The notes below the pieces were generated by a model. The model had not been told where the DNA came from. It saw only the letters and a list, made by a program, of their open reading frames with translations, and searched no databases. DNA of 64,000 nucleotides, taken from positions 27,729 through 91,728 of IMG/VR virus record IMGVR_UViG_3300028196_000006; one strand, given 5' to 3'. Source of the stretch: a virus. The position numbers were made by a program, and so were the translations under genes. Each line of letters opens with the position of its first letter. Position 1 is the first letter of the stretch. This document shows, piece by piece, positions 19,257-28,952 of the stretch.

Positions 19257-22200
19257 ATGGCATTAGTTTCACCAGGAGTACAAGTTAGTGTAATAGACGA
19301 AAGTTTCTACACACCAGCAGAACCGGGCACAGTCCCTATGATTTTCGTTGCTTCGGCAACAGACAAAACAAGCAGTTCCGGAACAGGAATAGCACAAGGT
19401 ACAACAGCCGCTAACGCAGGCAAAGTGTACTTGATGACTTCTCAAAGAGAATTAGCAGAAACATTTGGTGATCCAATATTTAAAACAGATGCCAATAATA
19501 ATCCTATCAATGGTGGTGAAACAAACGAATACGGATTACAAGCGGCTTACAGTTATTTAGGTGTTGCCAACAGAGCATACGTTGTGAGAGCAGATGTTGA
19601 TCTAGGTCAATTAGAAGCAACAGCAACAGCACCAGCGGCAAATCCAGAATCTGGAACTTATTGGTTTGACACAGCAGTTTCAAAATTTGGAATATTTGAA
19701 TGGAATAGTGCTTCAGCATCAACAACAGGTGGACAAACTTTTAGCAACAAAATTCCTCACGTAATTACAAGTGCAACACTTTTAAATGCAGGTGTTCCAA
19801 AAACTTCATTTGGACAAGCAGGTGATTATGCAATCGTGGCAACAACAGATGCCAACGAAATGTTTTACAAAAAATACGATGGTAGTTGGGTAGGCGTAGG
19901 TTCAACGGCTTGGGTTGCATCAAATCCAACTGTGTTAGGATCAACAGCAACAGCAGGTTACACAGGAACTATTGGTTCAGGAACAACTTTCACAATCACT
20001 ATTAACGGTGGTGCAACAACAATCACAACATCAGGTACAACAGCAACAGCAGTGGCTTCAGATATTTCAGGTGCAGGTGTTTCAGGTTTATCAGCAAGAG
20101 TAGTAGGCGGAATATTAGCAATCTATTATGATGGATCTAATGACCAAGACATTCAACTTGGATCAGGTACATTAGACATAGCAATAGGTTTAGGTATTGC
20201 AACAGGAACATATTACGTTCCAAAACTAACAACTGCCCCACACACTTCTGTACCAGCATACAAAACTGGTGACGCAGAATCAAGACCAACAGGTTCTTTA
20301 TGGGTTAAAACAACAACACCTAACTCAGGTGCGAAATGGTCAGTTAAAAAATTCAACGGTACAACAAAGTTATGGGAAGACATAACAGCACCAATTTATT
20401 CAGATGCCGAAACAGCTCTATACAATCTAGATAGAACAGGTGGTGGAGTAAATCTTGCTGTAGGCAATTTATACATTGACCATTACACTGGAACAAATGC
20501 TCTAGAGCAAACAATTTTTAGAAGAGAATCTACAGGTTCAACAAAAATCACAGGTACAGCAATCACATCAGGTATCACAGCAGGTAGCAAAACATTTACT
20601 ATTGCTGAATCAATTGTAGGACAACTAGCATTGAACTCAGCAGTAACAGTTAGTGTAACTCCAACAGGAGCGGCAACTGATGCTGATTTAATAGCAGGTG
20701 CTATTAACGGTTCAGGATTCACAAACATTGTGGCAAGTGTTGATTCACAGAACAGAGTTTCAATCGAACACAACGACGGTGGAGAATTTGACATTGTTGA
20801 CACAAGCGGTACTTTGGGTGAAGCAGGTTTCACTGGTTACAACTATGTTACCAAGGCAGGTACAGCAAACTTGTACACAACAAGCACTGGATTCAGAGCA
20901 AGTAACTGGAAAATTTTATCATACACAGCAAGTGCCACAGCAGTTACAACAACTGCGGCAAATGGACAATTATGGTACTCATCAATTGTTGATGAAGTAG
21001 ACATAATGTATCACAACGGTACAGACTGGAAAGGTTACTCAGCAGTATCAAGTTCAGATCCAGCAGGTCCACAAGTTAAATCAACTGCTCCAACTACACA
21101 ATCAGATGGAACAGCACTTGTTGAAGGCGACTTATGGATTTCAACAGCAGACTTAGAAAATTATCCAACAATTTACAAATGGAATGCAACTTCGTTAAAA
21201 TGGATTCTAGTTGACAAAACAGATCAAACAACAGAAAATGGAATTCTATTTGCTGATGCTAGATACGGTACAACAGGTGGTACGGCAACAGTTGCACCAA
21301 CAGGTACTATTGTAGAATTATTAGCAAGTGACTTCTTAGACACTGATGCTCCAGATCCAGCACTATATCCAAAAGGTATGTTGTTATGGAACACAAGACG
21401 TTCAGGTTTCAATGTTAAGAAATTTACAAGAAATTATGTTGATGTTACAGCAAACAACACAAGAGGTTCAGACAGCGGCAGTTCAATGGCGGCTTACTAT
21501 CCACACAGATGGACAACTGAATCGGCTAACCAAGTAGATGGTTCAGGATCATTTGGTAGAATAGCACAGAAAAAAGTTGTTGTACAATCATTACAAGCAA
21601 TGTTAAATTCTAATCAAGAAATCAGAGATGATGAGTCTAGATTGTTTAACATTATGGCAACACCAGGTTATCCAGAATTGATTGGCGAAATGATTTCGTT
21701 AAACAATGACAGAGGCTTGTCAGCATTTATAGTTGGTGACTCACCAATGAGATTAACACCAGATGCAACAAGTTTACAAAATTGGGCATCAAATGTTAAC
21801 CTAGCAGTGGAAGACAATGATAACGGACTTGTAAGCACAGACGAATATCTTGGAGTATTTTATCCATCAGGATTCACAAGTGATAACTTTGGAAACAATA
21901 TAGTTGTTCCATCAAGTCACATGATGTTAAGAACTATTGCTTTAAGTGATCAAGTTTCTTTTCCATGGTTTGCTCCAGCAGGTACAAGACGTGGCGGAAT
22001 CACAAACGCAAGTTCAACAGGTTACATTAGCAACGAAGGCGAATTTGTTTCAACAGCATTAAATGAAGGACAAAGAGATACATTGTATTCAAACAATGTT
22101 AACCCAATTACTTTCATAACAGGTGCTGGTTTAGTCAACTACGGACAAAAAACAAGATTTGCTGGAAGTTCTGCATTAGACAGAATTAACGTTGCTAGAT

Positions 22201-22496
22201 TAGTAATTTACATGAGAAGTCAGTTAAACAAATTAGCGAGACCTTATGTTTTTGAGCCAAATGATAAAATTACAAGAGATGAAATCAAAGCTCAAGCAGA
22301 AAGTTTATTACTTGAACTAGTTGGTAACAGAGCGATTTATGACTTCTTGGTTGTGTGTGACGAATCAAACAACACACCTACTAGGATAGACAGAAACGAG
22401 TTGTACTTAGATATTGCTATTGAACCAGTCAAAGCAGTAGAGTTCATCTACGTACCATTAAGATTGAAAAATACTGGCGAAATAGCAGGATTATAA
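19257..22496 (+). CDS. contractile tail sheath protein (gp18-like) with large insertion
   Basis: MALVSPGVQVSVIDES...PWFAPAG..RG...RDTLY...NPI...GQKT...RINVARL...FEPND...IEPVKAVEFIYV. Confidence 0.93.
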   Translation: MALVSPGVQVSVIDESFYTPAEPGTVPMIFVASATDKTSSSGTGIAQGTTAANAGKVYLMTSQRELAETFGDPIFKTDANNNPINGGETNEYGLQAAYSYLGVANRAYVVRADVDLGQLEATATAPAANPESGTYWFDTAVSKFGIFEWNSASASTTGGQTFSNKIPHVITSATLLNAGVPKTSFGQAGDYAIVATTDANEMFYKKYDGSWVGVGSTAWVASNPTVLGSTATAGYTGTIGSGTTFTITINGGATTITTSGTTATAVASDISGAGVSGLSARVVGGILAIYYDGSNDQDIQLGSGTLDIAIGLGIATGTYYVPKLTTAPHTSVPAYKTGDAESRPTGSLWVKTTTPNSGAKWSVKKFNGTTKLWEDITAPIYSDAETALYNLDRTGGGVNLAVGNLYIDHYTGTNALEQTIFRRESTGSTKITGTAITSGITAGSKTFTIAESIVGQLALNSAVTVSVTPTGAATDADLIAGAINGSGFTNIVASVDSQNRVSIEHNDGGEFDIVDTSGTLGEAGFTGYNYVTKAGTANLYTTSTGFRASNWKILSYTASATAVTTTAANGQLWYSSIVDEVDIMYHNGTDWKGYSAVSSSDPAGPQVKSTAPTTQSDGTALVEGDLWISTADLENYPTIYKWNATSLKWILVDKTDQTTENGILFADARYGTTGGTATVAPTGTIVELLASDFLDTDAPDPALYPKGMLLWNTRRSGFNVKKFTRNYVDVTANNTRGSDSGSSMAAYYPHRWTTESANQVDGSGSFGRIAQKKVVVQSLQAMLNSNQEIRDDESRLFNIMATPGYPELIGEMISLNNDRGLSAFIVGDSPMRLTPDATSLQNWASNVNLAVEDNDNGLVSTDEYLGVFYPSGFTSDNFGNNIVVPSSHMMLRTIALSDQVSFPWFAPAGTRRGGITNASSTGYISNEGEFVSTALNEGQRDTLYSNNVNPITFITGAGLVNYGQKTRFAGSSALDRINVARLVIYMRSQLNKLARPYVFEPNDKITRDEIKAQAESLLLELVGNRAIYDFLVVCDESNNTPTRIDRNELYLDIAIEPVKAVEFIYVPLRLKNTGEIAGL

Positions 22497-22521
22497 TAGA
22501 TAAATATTATAGGAGAAACAA

Positions 22522-23148
22522 ATGAGTATATCTACACTATCAAAAATTACAGTACCTTTAGACAGTAACCAATCTGCTTCTAACCAAGGTCTGTTAATGC
22601 CAAAGTTACAGTATCGTTTTAGAGTATCACTAGAAAACTTTGGTGTATCTACACCAACTACTGAACTAACAAAGCAAGTTGTAGATATTACAAGACCTAA
22701 TTTAAGTTTCGAAACAACTACTGTTGACGTGTATAACTCTAAAGTTTATCTAGCAGGTAAACACACATGGGAAACTGTTACACTTACATTAAGAGAAGAT
22801 GTTAGCAACAACGTACAAAAACTTGTTGGCGAGCAACTACAGAAACAATTTGACTTCTTTGAAATGAGTGCGGCGGCATCAGGTGCTGATTACAAATTTG
22901 TTACTAGAATTGAAATATTAGATGGTGGTAACGGAGCAAACACTCCAAACACATTAGAAACATTTGAATTATACGGTTGCTATATTGAATCAGCAAACTA
23001 TAATCAATTATCGTACAGTACAAGTGAACCAGTTACTGTAACGTTAGCATTAAGATACGACAATGCTATCCAAACTCCTCAAGGTTCGGGTGTAGGAACT
23101 GCTGTAGGCAGAACTGTAAACACTTTGATTACGGGTGGCGGAGCGTAA
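22522..23148 (+). CDS. tail tube protein (gp19-like)
   Basis: Directly after the sheath; PKLQYRFRV, YLAGKHTWE, LRYDNA. Late promoter at 22500-22506 and AGGAG RBS. Confidence 0.85.
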   Translation: MSISTLSKITVPLDSNQSASNQGLLMPKLQYRFRVSLENFGVSTPTTELTKQVVDITRPNLSFETTTVDVYNSKVYLAGKHTWETVTLTLREDVSNNVQKLVGEQLQKQFDFFEMSAAASGADYKFVTRIEILDGGNGANTPNTLETFELYGCYIESANYNQLSYSTSEPVTVTLALRYDNAIQTPQGSGVGTAVGRTVNTLITGGGA

Positions 23149-23180
23149 TTTTCGTAAGCATTTATAAATTTAAAGTATCG

Positions 23181-23208
23181 AAAAGGGGACTTTTTAAGTC
23201 CCTTTTTT
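23181..23208. terminator. rho-independent terminator
   Basis: AAAAG-GGGACTT-TTT-AAGTCCC-TTTTTT after the tube gene. Confidence 0.8.
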
Positions 23209-23250
23209 GGTTTTTAACACATCACTTTTTACAGCACATAAATACTGTAC

Positions 23251-24381
23251 ATGGCAAATTTACTCAAAGGTTTTTTAGACAATGTTCTTAAAGGAACACT
23301 CAATCCTAAAGGAAATCTAGCAGATTTCAGCCATGCTTCTAGACTGTATGTAGATGACAGTTTTAGATTAGCACCCAAGCAAAAATTTTTATACCATGTG
23401 GTTTTTAATATCAACCCAAAAGCGGCAATCACAGATCCGCCATTAAGTAATCATCAACGAGAATTGAACATGCTGGTGAAGGCGGTAGACTTACCACAAT
23501 ACACTGTGGATATGATTACTGCACAACAATACAACATAAAAAGAAAAATACAAACAAAAATTTCATATGATCCAATTAACATCACTTTTCATGACGACAA
23601 CTATGGAGTAACAACTGCATTGTGGGAAACATATTATAGATACTATTTCAATGATGGAAATTATGCCAGTAAAGATACCCAAGGAAATCAATCCACTAGC
23701 ACAGACAGAGCTTACAGTAAATCAAATGTATTAAAAGAGAAAAAAAATACCAAAAATAGATTTGGGTTAGATTCGGATGCTAATATTCCATTTTTTACAA
23801 GTATTCAAATTTATCAAATGGCAAGAAAAACTTACACTTGTTACACATTAGTAAATCCAATTATACAGAGATGGCAACACGATTCGATGAACAATCAAGA
23901 ATCAGCACCAGTACAAAATCAGATGTCGGTTGAATATGAAGCAGTATTTTATTCTAGAGGTAAAGTACAAGCCAACGGTGCTCCTGCTGGCTTTGGAAAA
24001 GAACACTATGACAAAACTCCATCGCCTAACAGTTTATCAGGAGGAGGATCTACAAGTTTACTTGGAACTGGTGGCGTATTATCAGGATTGTTTGGAGCCA
24101 ACGATGGCCCATACACATACATTGGTAGTCAACTAGGAGGAGGCAGACAAGGAATAACTCTTGGTTCAATAATTAGAACAGCCAATAGATTAAAAAATGC
24201 AAAAAAATTATCTAAAGAAGGATTACGTCAAGAAGGATTCAACATCTTAACAGGAGCAATAGGCAGAATAGGAAATACTGCTGACCAGGCTTATGGTGTG
24301 CCAAATACTTTTATAGGCAGAAGTGCTTCTAATATAGGTGCAGGCTTTAAGGCTATAACAAAAGCAGTAATAAGGAAATAA
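23251..24381 (+). CDS. tube-like baseplate/tail initiator protein (gp54/gp48-like)
   Basis: LVKAVDLPQY...YDPINITFHDD...YYRYY...LVNPII..W.HD tube-fold pattern. Confidence 0.6.
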   Translation: MANLLKGFLDNVLKGTLNPKGNLADFSHASRLYVDDSFRLAPKQKFLYHVVFNINPKAAITDPPLSNHQRELNMLVKAVDLPQYTVDMITAQQYNIKRKIQTKISYDPINITFHDDNYGVTTALWETYYRYYFNDGNYASKDTQGNQSTSTDRAYSKSNVLKEKKNTKNRFGLDSDANIPFFTSIQIYQMARKTYTCYTLVNPIIQRWQHDSMNNQESAPVQNQMSVEYEAVFYSRGKVQANGAPAGFGKEHYDKTPSPNSLSGGGSTSLLGTGGVLSGLFGANDGPYTYIGSQLGGGRQGITLGSIIRTANRLKNAKKLSKEGLRQEGFNILTGAIGRIGNTADQAYGVPNTFIGRSASNIGAGFKAITKAVIRK

Positions 24382-24744
24382 ATGTCAAACATACCAAAAC
24401 AAAACAATGATAGTGGTGCACCAGTAAAAGAATTTTTCAATGAATATTTCAATGACACTGTTGCTTTCCCTAGCAACGATGTTGATGCTGTTGTGGGTTA
24501 TTTTGAATCAAGAGGCTTTGATAGAACTGCCAGCATATCTACAGCAACAGTGATATTACAACAAGCAAAAATAGACGGTGTTAAAGTTTTTGAATTAATA
24601 GATACTCTACAAGGTATGGACAAAGTACAATTAAGTTATATTGTTACTGAAATTTTAAATCATAACAGATCAAATACATCATCACTTGGTTATAAAGTTA
24701 AAACTGAAAACAGTCTTTCAGAAAAACGTAACATAGTAGTATAG
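24382..24744 (+). CDS. hypothetical protein
   Basis: 120-aa ORF with AAGGA RBS in the structural operon. Confidence 0.6.
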   Translation: MSNIPKQNNDSGAPVKEFFNEYFNDTVAFPSNDVDAVVGYFESRGFDRTASISTATVILQQAKIDGVKVFELIDTLQGMDKVQLSYIVTEILNHNRSNTSSLGYKVKTENSLSEKRNIVV

Positions 24745-24748
24745 TCCA

Positions 24749-25183
24749 ATGGCGAAGTTCGCTCAAGGTAGATATCAAATAAAAAATCCAGACAAATATA
24801 TTGGGGGACGAACTCCTTTATATAGAAGCAGTTGGGAATTTGCTTTTATGAAGTTTTGTGACGAAAGTCCTAGCATACAAAAATGGGCTAATGAATCTAT
24901 AAGGATTCCTTACAAACATCCTATGACAGGAAAGTTTACTATATATGTTCCAGATTTTTTTATTGCCTACACAGACAAAAACGGAAGACCTCATGCAGAA
25001 GTAATAGAAATTAAACCTGAGAATCAAACATTAGTAGAAAAAGTTGGAAAGAACAGATACAATCAAGCACAATTGATTATCAATAAAGCCAAATGGAGCA
25101 GTGCTCAAATGTGGTGTAAGAACAAAGGATTCCGTTTCAGAGTGATCAACGAAAAAGATATCTTCCATGGCGGTAAAAGGTGA
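24749..25183 (+). CDS. head completion nuclease (T4 gp4-like, TnsA-like PD-(D/E)xK fold)
   Basis: KNPDKYIG...YRSSWE..FM.FCD...W.NE...YVPDF...EIKP...NKAKW. Confidence 0.85.
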   Translation: MAKFAQGRYQIKNPDKYIGGRTPLYRSSWEFAFMKFCDESPSIQKWANESIRIPYKHPMTGKFTIYVPDFFIAYTDKNGRPHAEVIEIKPENQTLVEKVGKNRYNQAQLIINKAKWSSAQMWCKNKGFRFRVINEKDIFHGGKR

Positions 25184-25713
25184 GTGTTCGTAAAATAAAA
25201 GAATGGGCGTGGCCCTTCATTAAAAACTTCCGTACTTACATAGACATTGGTGCTCTCGACGGTGACACATCTGCTCCATTTGTAAAAGATTTCAAAAAAG
25301 TGATAGCATTCGAACCCAGTCCTTTAACATTTCCAAAAATTCCAGACACAGTTGAAAAATACAATGTTGCTTTAGGCAATCAACATGAGATAAAAACACT
25401 TAAAATTCCTGGCGGAACTGGAAATCCTGTTCATGGTAGTCTTGTAAGATATGGTAAAGGTATCATCGAACACGAAGTTTCTGTAAAATGTTTAGACGAT
25501 TACAATTTTGAAGACGTGGATTTTATAAAAATAGATGTGGAATGGTATGAATTAAAAGCATGTCAAGGTGCGGAAAACACAATTAAAAAATATATGCCTA
25601 CCATAATGTTTGAAAACAAAAGAAATGAAGCAGATAACTGTATGAGATATTTGCAAACACTGGGATATCAAATCAAAAAGTACAAGTCAGAGACCATAGC
25701 CTACACTAAATAA
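25180..25713 (+). CDS. FkbM-family methyltransferase
   Basis: IDIGALDG, AFEP, LDDY...DFIKIDVE. Confidence 0.8.
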   Translation: MSVRKIKEWAWPFIKNFRTYIDIGALDGDTSAPFVKDFKKVIAFEPSPLTFPKIPDTVEKYNVALGNQHEIKTLKIPGGTGNPVHGSLVRYGKGIIEHEVSVKCLDDYNFEDVDFIKIDVEWYELKACQGAENTIKKYMPTIMFENKRNEADNCMRYLQTLGYQIKKYKSETIAYTK

Positions 25714-25726
25714 AAATACATATATT

Positions 25727-26257
25727 ATGACCAAAAAATTAGAAGAACTGCTCAACCTTCCAGAATCACAAGAGATAGTGAAAGAAGAACAAGAAAAAGC
25801 ACAGGCAGAAGATAAAAAAACAGAAAAGAAAAGCAAAAGTATTGAACAACAACAAACCACAATGCGAGACATTGCCGAGTTTGACAAAATTGCGGCGGCA
25901 TTACCAAAAGTTGATGGCTTAGGAGAATTAGGAGATTCAGAACTGGATGATGTTGGCACACGTGCTATCACTGCCTATGAAGATCTCATGGATTTGGGTA
26001 TGAATGTGGAGAGTAGATATTCTGCTCGTATATTTGAAGTGGCAGGCAATATGTTAAAGACCACATTGGATGCCAAGGTAGCGAAAATAGATAAAAAATT
26101 AAAAATGGTTGATTTACAACTTAAAAAACAAAAACAAGACCAAAAACAGGGCGATTCCGATGCAAATGTGGTACAAGGAGAAGGATATGTAATATCTGAT
26201 CGCAATAGTTTATTGGAGAAACTTAAAAACATGGATAAATACAACGATGACAAGTAA
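25727..26257 (+). CDS. hypothetical protein, possible terminase small subunit
   Basis: Helical coiled-coil protein (ARIFEVAGNMLKT...DRNSLLEKL) reminiscent of gp16; upstream of TerL. Confidence 0.45.
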   Translation: MTKKLEELLNLPESQEIVKEEQEKAQAEDKKTEKKSKSIEQQQTTMRDIAEFDKIAAALPKVDGLGELGDSELDDVGTRAITAYEDLMDLGMNVESRYSARIFEVAGNMLKTTLDAKVAKIDKKLKMVDLQLKKQKQDQKQGDSDANVVQGEGYVISDRNSLLEKLKNMDKYNDDK

Positions 26258-26837
26258 ATTACAACAGTACCTAGCAGAAAGCACAAAAACATACCCTTTT
26301 AAAATAGGTGTAGCAGGCGATTTGCCAGAAGGTTTCGCTGACCATTTAGAATCAGCATTAGAAAAATTTGTAGTTGTTAAAATGAGCAACGGCAAAAAAA
26401 CTCCAATACAACAAAGACCATTGGATTTTCCTGCTCTTGAAAATGAAAGAACAACATACTTTGACACAGAATTACAATACCCAACAACACCACAAGTTTT
26501 ACAACAGTTTATTAAAACTTACTGTAACATGCCAGAAAGTCATATCATAGTAAGAAATCCTAATGAGCCACAAGAAGCATATCAAGAAGAAAAATCAGAT
26601 GCACCTTACGAAGCAAAATTAAACAGTGCATATGAAGATAGCAAAGACGAACAAAAAACAGTGGGCAATTCGAGAGTTATGGATTTATTAAAAGAATTAG
26701 AAAAAGCACGTAAAGAAAGAAATGCACCAGACGCCGCAGGCGAAATTAAAGCACCAAAAGATGGTGGAGCAACTGAAAATGCAGGCGACAGCAAAAACAA
26801 AATGTCACCTATTTCAGGCAAGTCGAAAGGTAAATAG
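26247..26837 (+). CDS. hypothetical protein (possible head protein)
   Basis: 196-aa ORF; ATAAATA 5 nt upstream; N-terminal YLAES. Confidence 0.55.
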   Translation: MTSKLQQYLAESTKTYPFKIGVAGDLPEGFADHLESALEKFVVVKMSNGKKTPIQQRPLDFPALENERTTYFDTELQYPTTPQVLQQFIKTYCNMPESHIIVRNPNEPQEAYQEEKSDAPYEAKLNSAYEDSKDEQKTVGNSRVMDLLKELEKARKERNAPDAAGEIKAPKDGGATENAGDSKNKMSPISGKSKGK

Positions 26838-26841
26838 TAGC

Positions 26842-27309
26842 ATGGACATAAGAGATTTTTTAACAAAAATAGATGCTATTCAAAGCAAAGAGCAAATGAA
26901 AGAAGATGTAAAAAAAATACATCTTAACGAAGCATCACAAGTAATGTTGTATGGAGATACTCCAGAAGACATGAATGCTATTGCACAAATTTTTAAAAAC
27001 GCAGGAGTAACTCCTCCAGCACCAGTTGAAGGTCCAACACCAGAACCAGAACCAGAAGCAGAAGCAGAAGTAAAAGCAGTTGAAGAAGTTCCTGGAAAAG
27101 CATCAACAACACCTGAGCCAGAGTATAAAGATACTCAATACATGACAAAAGATTTATCAGGCGGTATAAACAAGATCAAAAAAACATATCCTAAAGTTGC
27201 TGGTGGAGATAATCCAATGGCTCCAGTACAAAAAACTGAAGAAGAAGTACAATCATCTATCAAAGAAACTCTACTTCAAGCATACCAAGACTTTAAGAAA
27301 AACGCATAG
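26842..27309 (+). CDS. hypothetical protein (possible internal head protein)
   Basis: Start MDIRDFL after GTAAATA; acidic and Pro-rich. Confidence 0.55.
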   Translation: MDIRDFLTKIDAIQSKEQMKEDVKKIHLNEASQVMLYGDTPEDMNAIAQIFKNAGVTPPAPVEGPTPEPEPEAEAEVKAVEEVPGKASTTPEPEYKDTQYMTKDLSGGINKIKKTYPKVAGGDNPMAPVQKTEEEVQSSIKETLLQAYQDFKKNA

Positions 27310-27352
27310 TCAAAAAGCAATTCTCCATCAATTTTCAGCATAAGTATTGTAT

Positions 27353-28936
27353 ATGAGTAATAAAAGTTTAGATGGTGTCCTTACCAAAAAAGCACACACA
27401 AGAGAAAAATTTACAGAAGAACAAATAGCAGATTTAGTGCATTGTTCAGATCCTAAAAAAGGATACGACTATTTTGCAAAAAAATTTTTTTTTATACAAC
27501 ACCCTGTGAGAGGTAAATGTGTTTTTGAACCATTTGGATATCAAACAAAATTGTTGTCCAGTTATCATGATTTTAGATTTAACATAAACATGCTACCAAG
27601 ACAGAGTGGTAAAACAACCACAGCCGCTTGTTATCTTTTATGGTATGCAATGTTCCATCCGGATCAAACAATACTAATTGCGGCACACAAATACACAGGT
27701 GCTCAAGAGATTATGCAACGTATTAGATACGGATATGAATTGTGTCCTGATTATATTAGAGCTGGTGTAACAAACTACAACAAAGGATCTATGGAATTTG
27801 AAAATGGATCAAGAATTGTATCCGCAACCACAACAGGAAACACTGGTAGAGGTATGTCAATATCTTTACTGTATTGTGATGAGTTTGCATTTGTTAACCC
27901 CGGCATAGCACAAGAGTTTTGGACATCTATATCACCCACACTGGCAACGGGTGGACGTGCAATTATCACATCAACACCAAACTCAGATGAAGATGTGTTT
28001 GCAACAATTTGGCGTGAAAGTCAAAACAAATTTGATGAGCATGGTAACGAACAAGAATTAGGAATCAATGGATTTCATGGATACACAGCATCATGGGACG
28101 AACATCCAGACAGAGATGAAGAATGGAAAAAAGAAGAATTAGGACGTATTGGTGAAGAAAGATTCAGACGTGAATATGGTTGTGAATTTTTGGTTTTTGA
28201 CGAAACACTAGTAAACAGTCTTGTGTTGACCACATTGGAAGGAAAAGAACCCACACTCAATATGGGACAAACACGCTGGTATAAAAAATTAGACGCTCAT
28301 GCAACTTATGTGGTGGCACTGGATCCAGCAATGGGAACAGGTGGCGACAATGCCGCAATTGAAGTGTTTGAATTGCCTTCATACACACAGGTAGCAGAAT
28401 GGAAACACAACACAACTCCTATTCCACAACAAATAAGAATCATGCGTGATATTTGCAATCACATAAAAGATGAAACAAAATCATCAGGCTCAAACATTTA
28501 TTGGAGCGTGGAAAACAACTCAATAGGCGAATCTGCACTGTTGGTTATAAATGATTTTGGAGAAGATTCTATCCCTGGATTGTTTGTTTCAGAGCCTATT
28601 AGAAAAGGTCACATAAGAAAGTTTAGAAAAGGATTTAATACCACACACAAAACAAAAATTACTGCATGTTCTAGATTAAAGAACATGATTGAAAAAGAAA
28701 AATTGAAAATATACAGTAAACCTTTGATAAGTGAATTGAAGAGTTTTATTGCTTCGGGTTCATCATTCAAAGCAAAATCAGGACAAACAGATGATCTGGT
28801 CAGTGCTACTTTGTTGATTATGCGTATAATCAGTGTGTTAAAAGATTGGGATCCAAAAATCTATGCATCATTCAGTCAAGCAGACGAAGATACAGCAGAC
28901 AGAGTCATGCCAATGCCTATATTTGTAAGCCACTAA
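27353..28936 (+). CDS. terminase large subunit (gp17-like)
   Basis: PRQSGKTT Walker A, LLYCDEFAF Walker B, ITSTPN, RREYGCEF, LDPAMG, DDLVSA nuclease motifs. Confidence 0.95.
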   Translation: MSNKSLDGVLTKKAHTREKFTEEQIADLVHCSDPKKGYDYFAKKFFFIQHPVRGKCVFEPFGYQTKLLSSYHDFRFNINMLPRQSGKTTTAACYLLWYAMFHPDQTILIAAHKYTGAQEIMQRIRYGYELCPDYIRAGVTNYNKGSMEFENGSRIVSATTTGNTGRGMSISLLYCDEFAFVNPGIAQEFWTSISPTLATGGRAIITSTPNSDEDVFATIWRESQNKFDEHGNEQELGINGFHGYTASWDEHPDRDEEWKKEELGRIGEERFRREYGCEFLVFDETLVNSLVLTTLEGKEPTLNMGQTRWYKKLDAHATYVVALDPAMGTGGDNAAIEVFELPSYTQVAEWKHNTTPIPQQIRIMRDICNHIKDETKSSGSNIYWSVENNSIGESALLVINDFGEDSIPGLFVSEPIRKGHIRKFRKGFNTTHKTKITACSRLKNMIEKEKLKIYSKPLISELKSFIASGSSFKAKSGQTDDLVSATLLIMRIISVLKDWDPKIYASFSQADEDTADRVMPMPIFVSH

Positions 28937-28952
28937 CAGATAAATATATTAT

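Noticed and set aside
24749-25183. TnsA-like nuclease as a sign of a Tn7 element
   Set aside because: It matches T4 gp4 head-completion protein in a structural context; no tnsB/tnsC or transposon ends are present.
27353-28936. Intein or intron in terminase, helicase or UvsX; A7T9 run near 27478 as a frameshift site
   Set aside because: Protein lengths are normal, no splicing motifs are visible, and the run is in frame (AKKFFFI).
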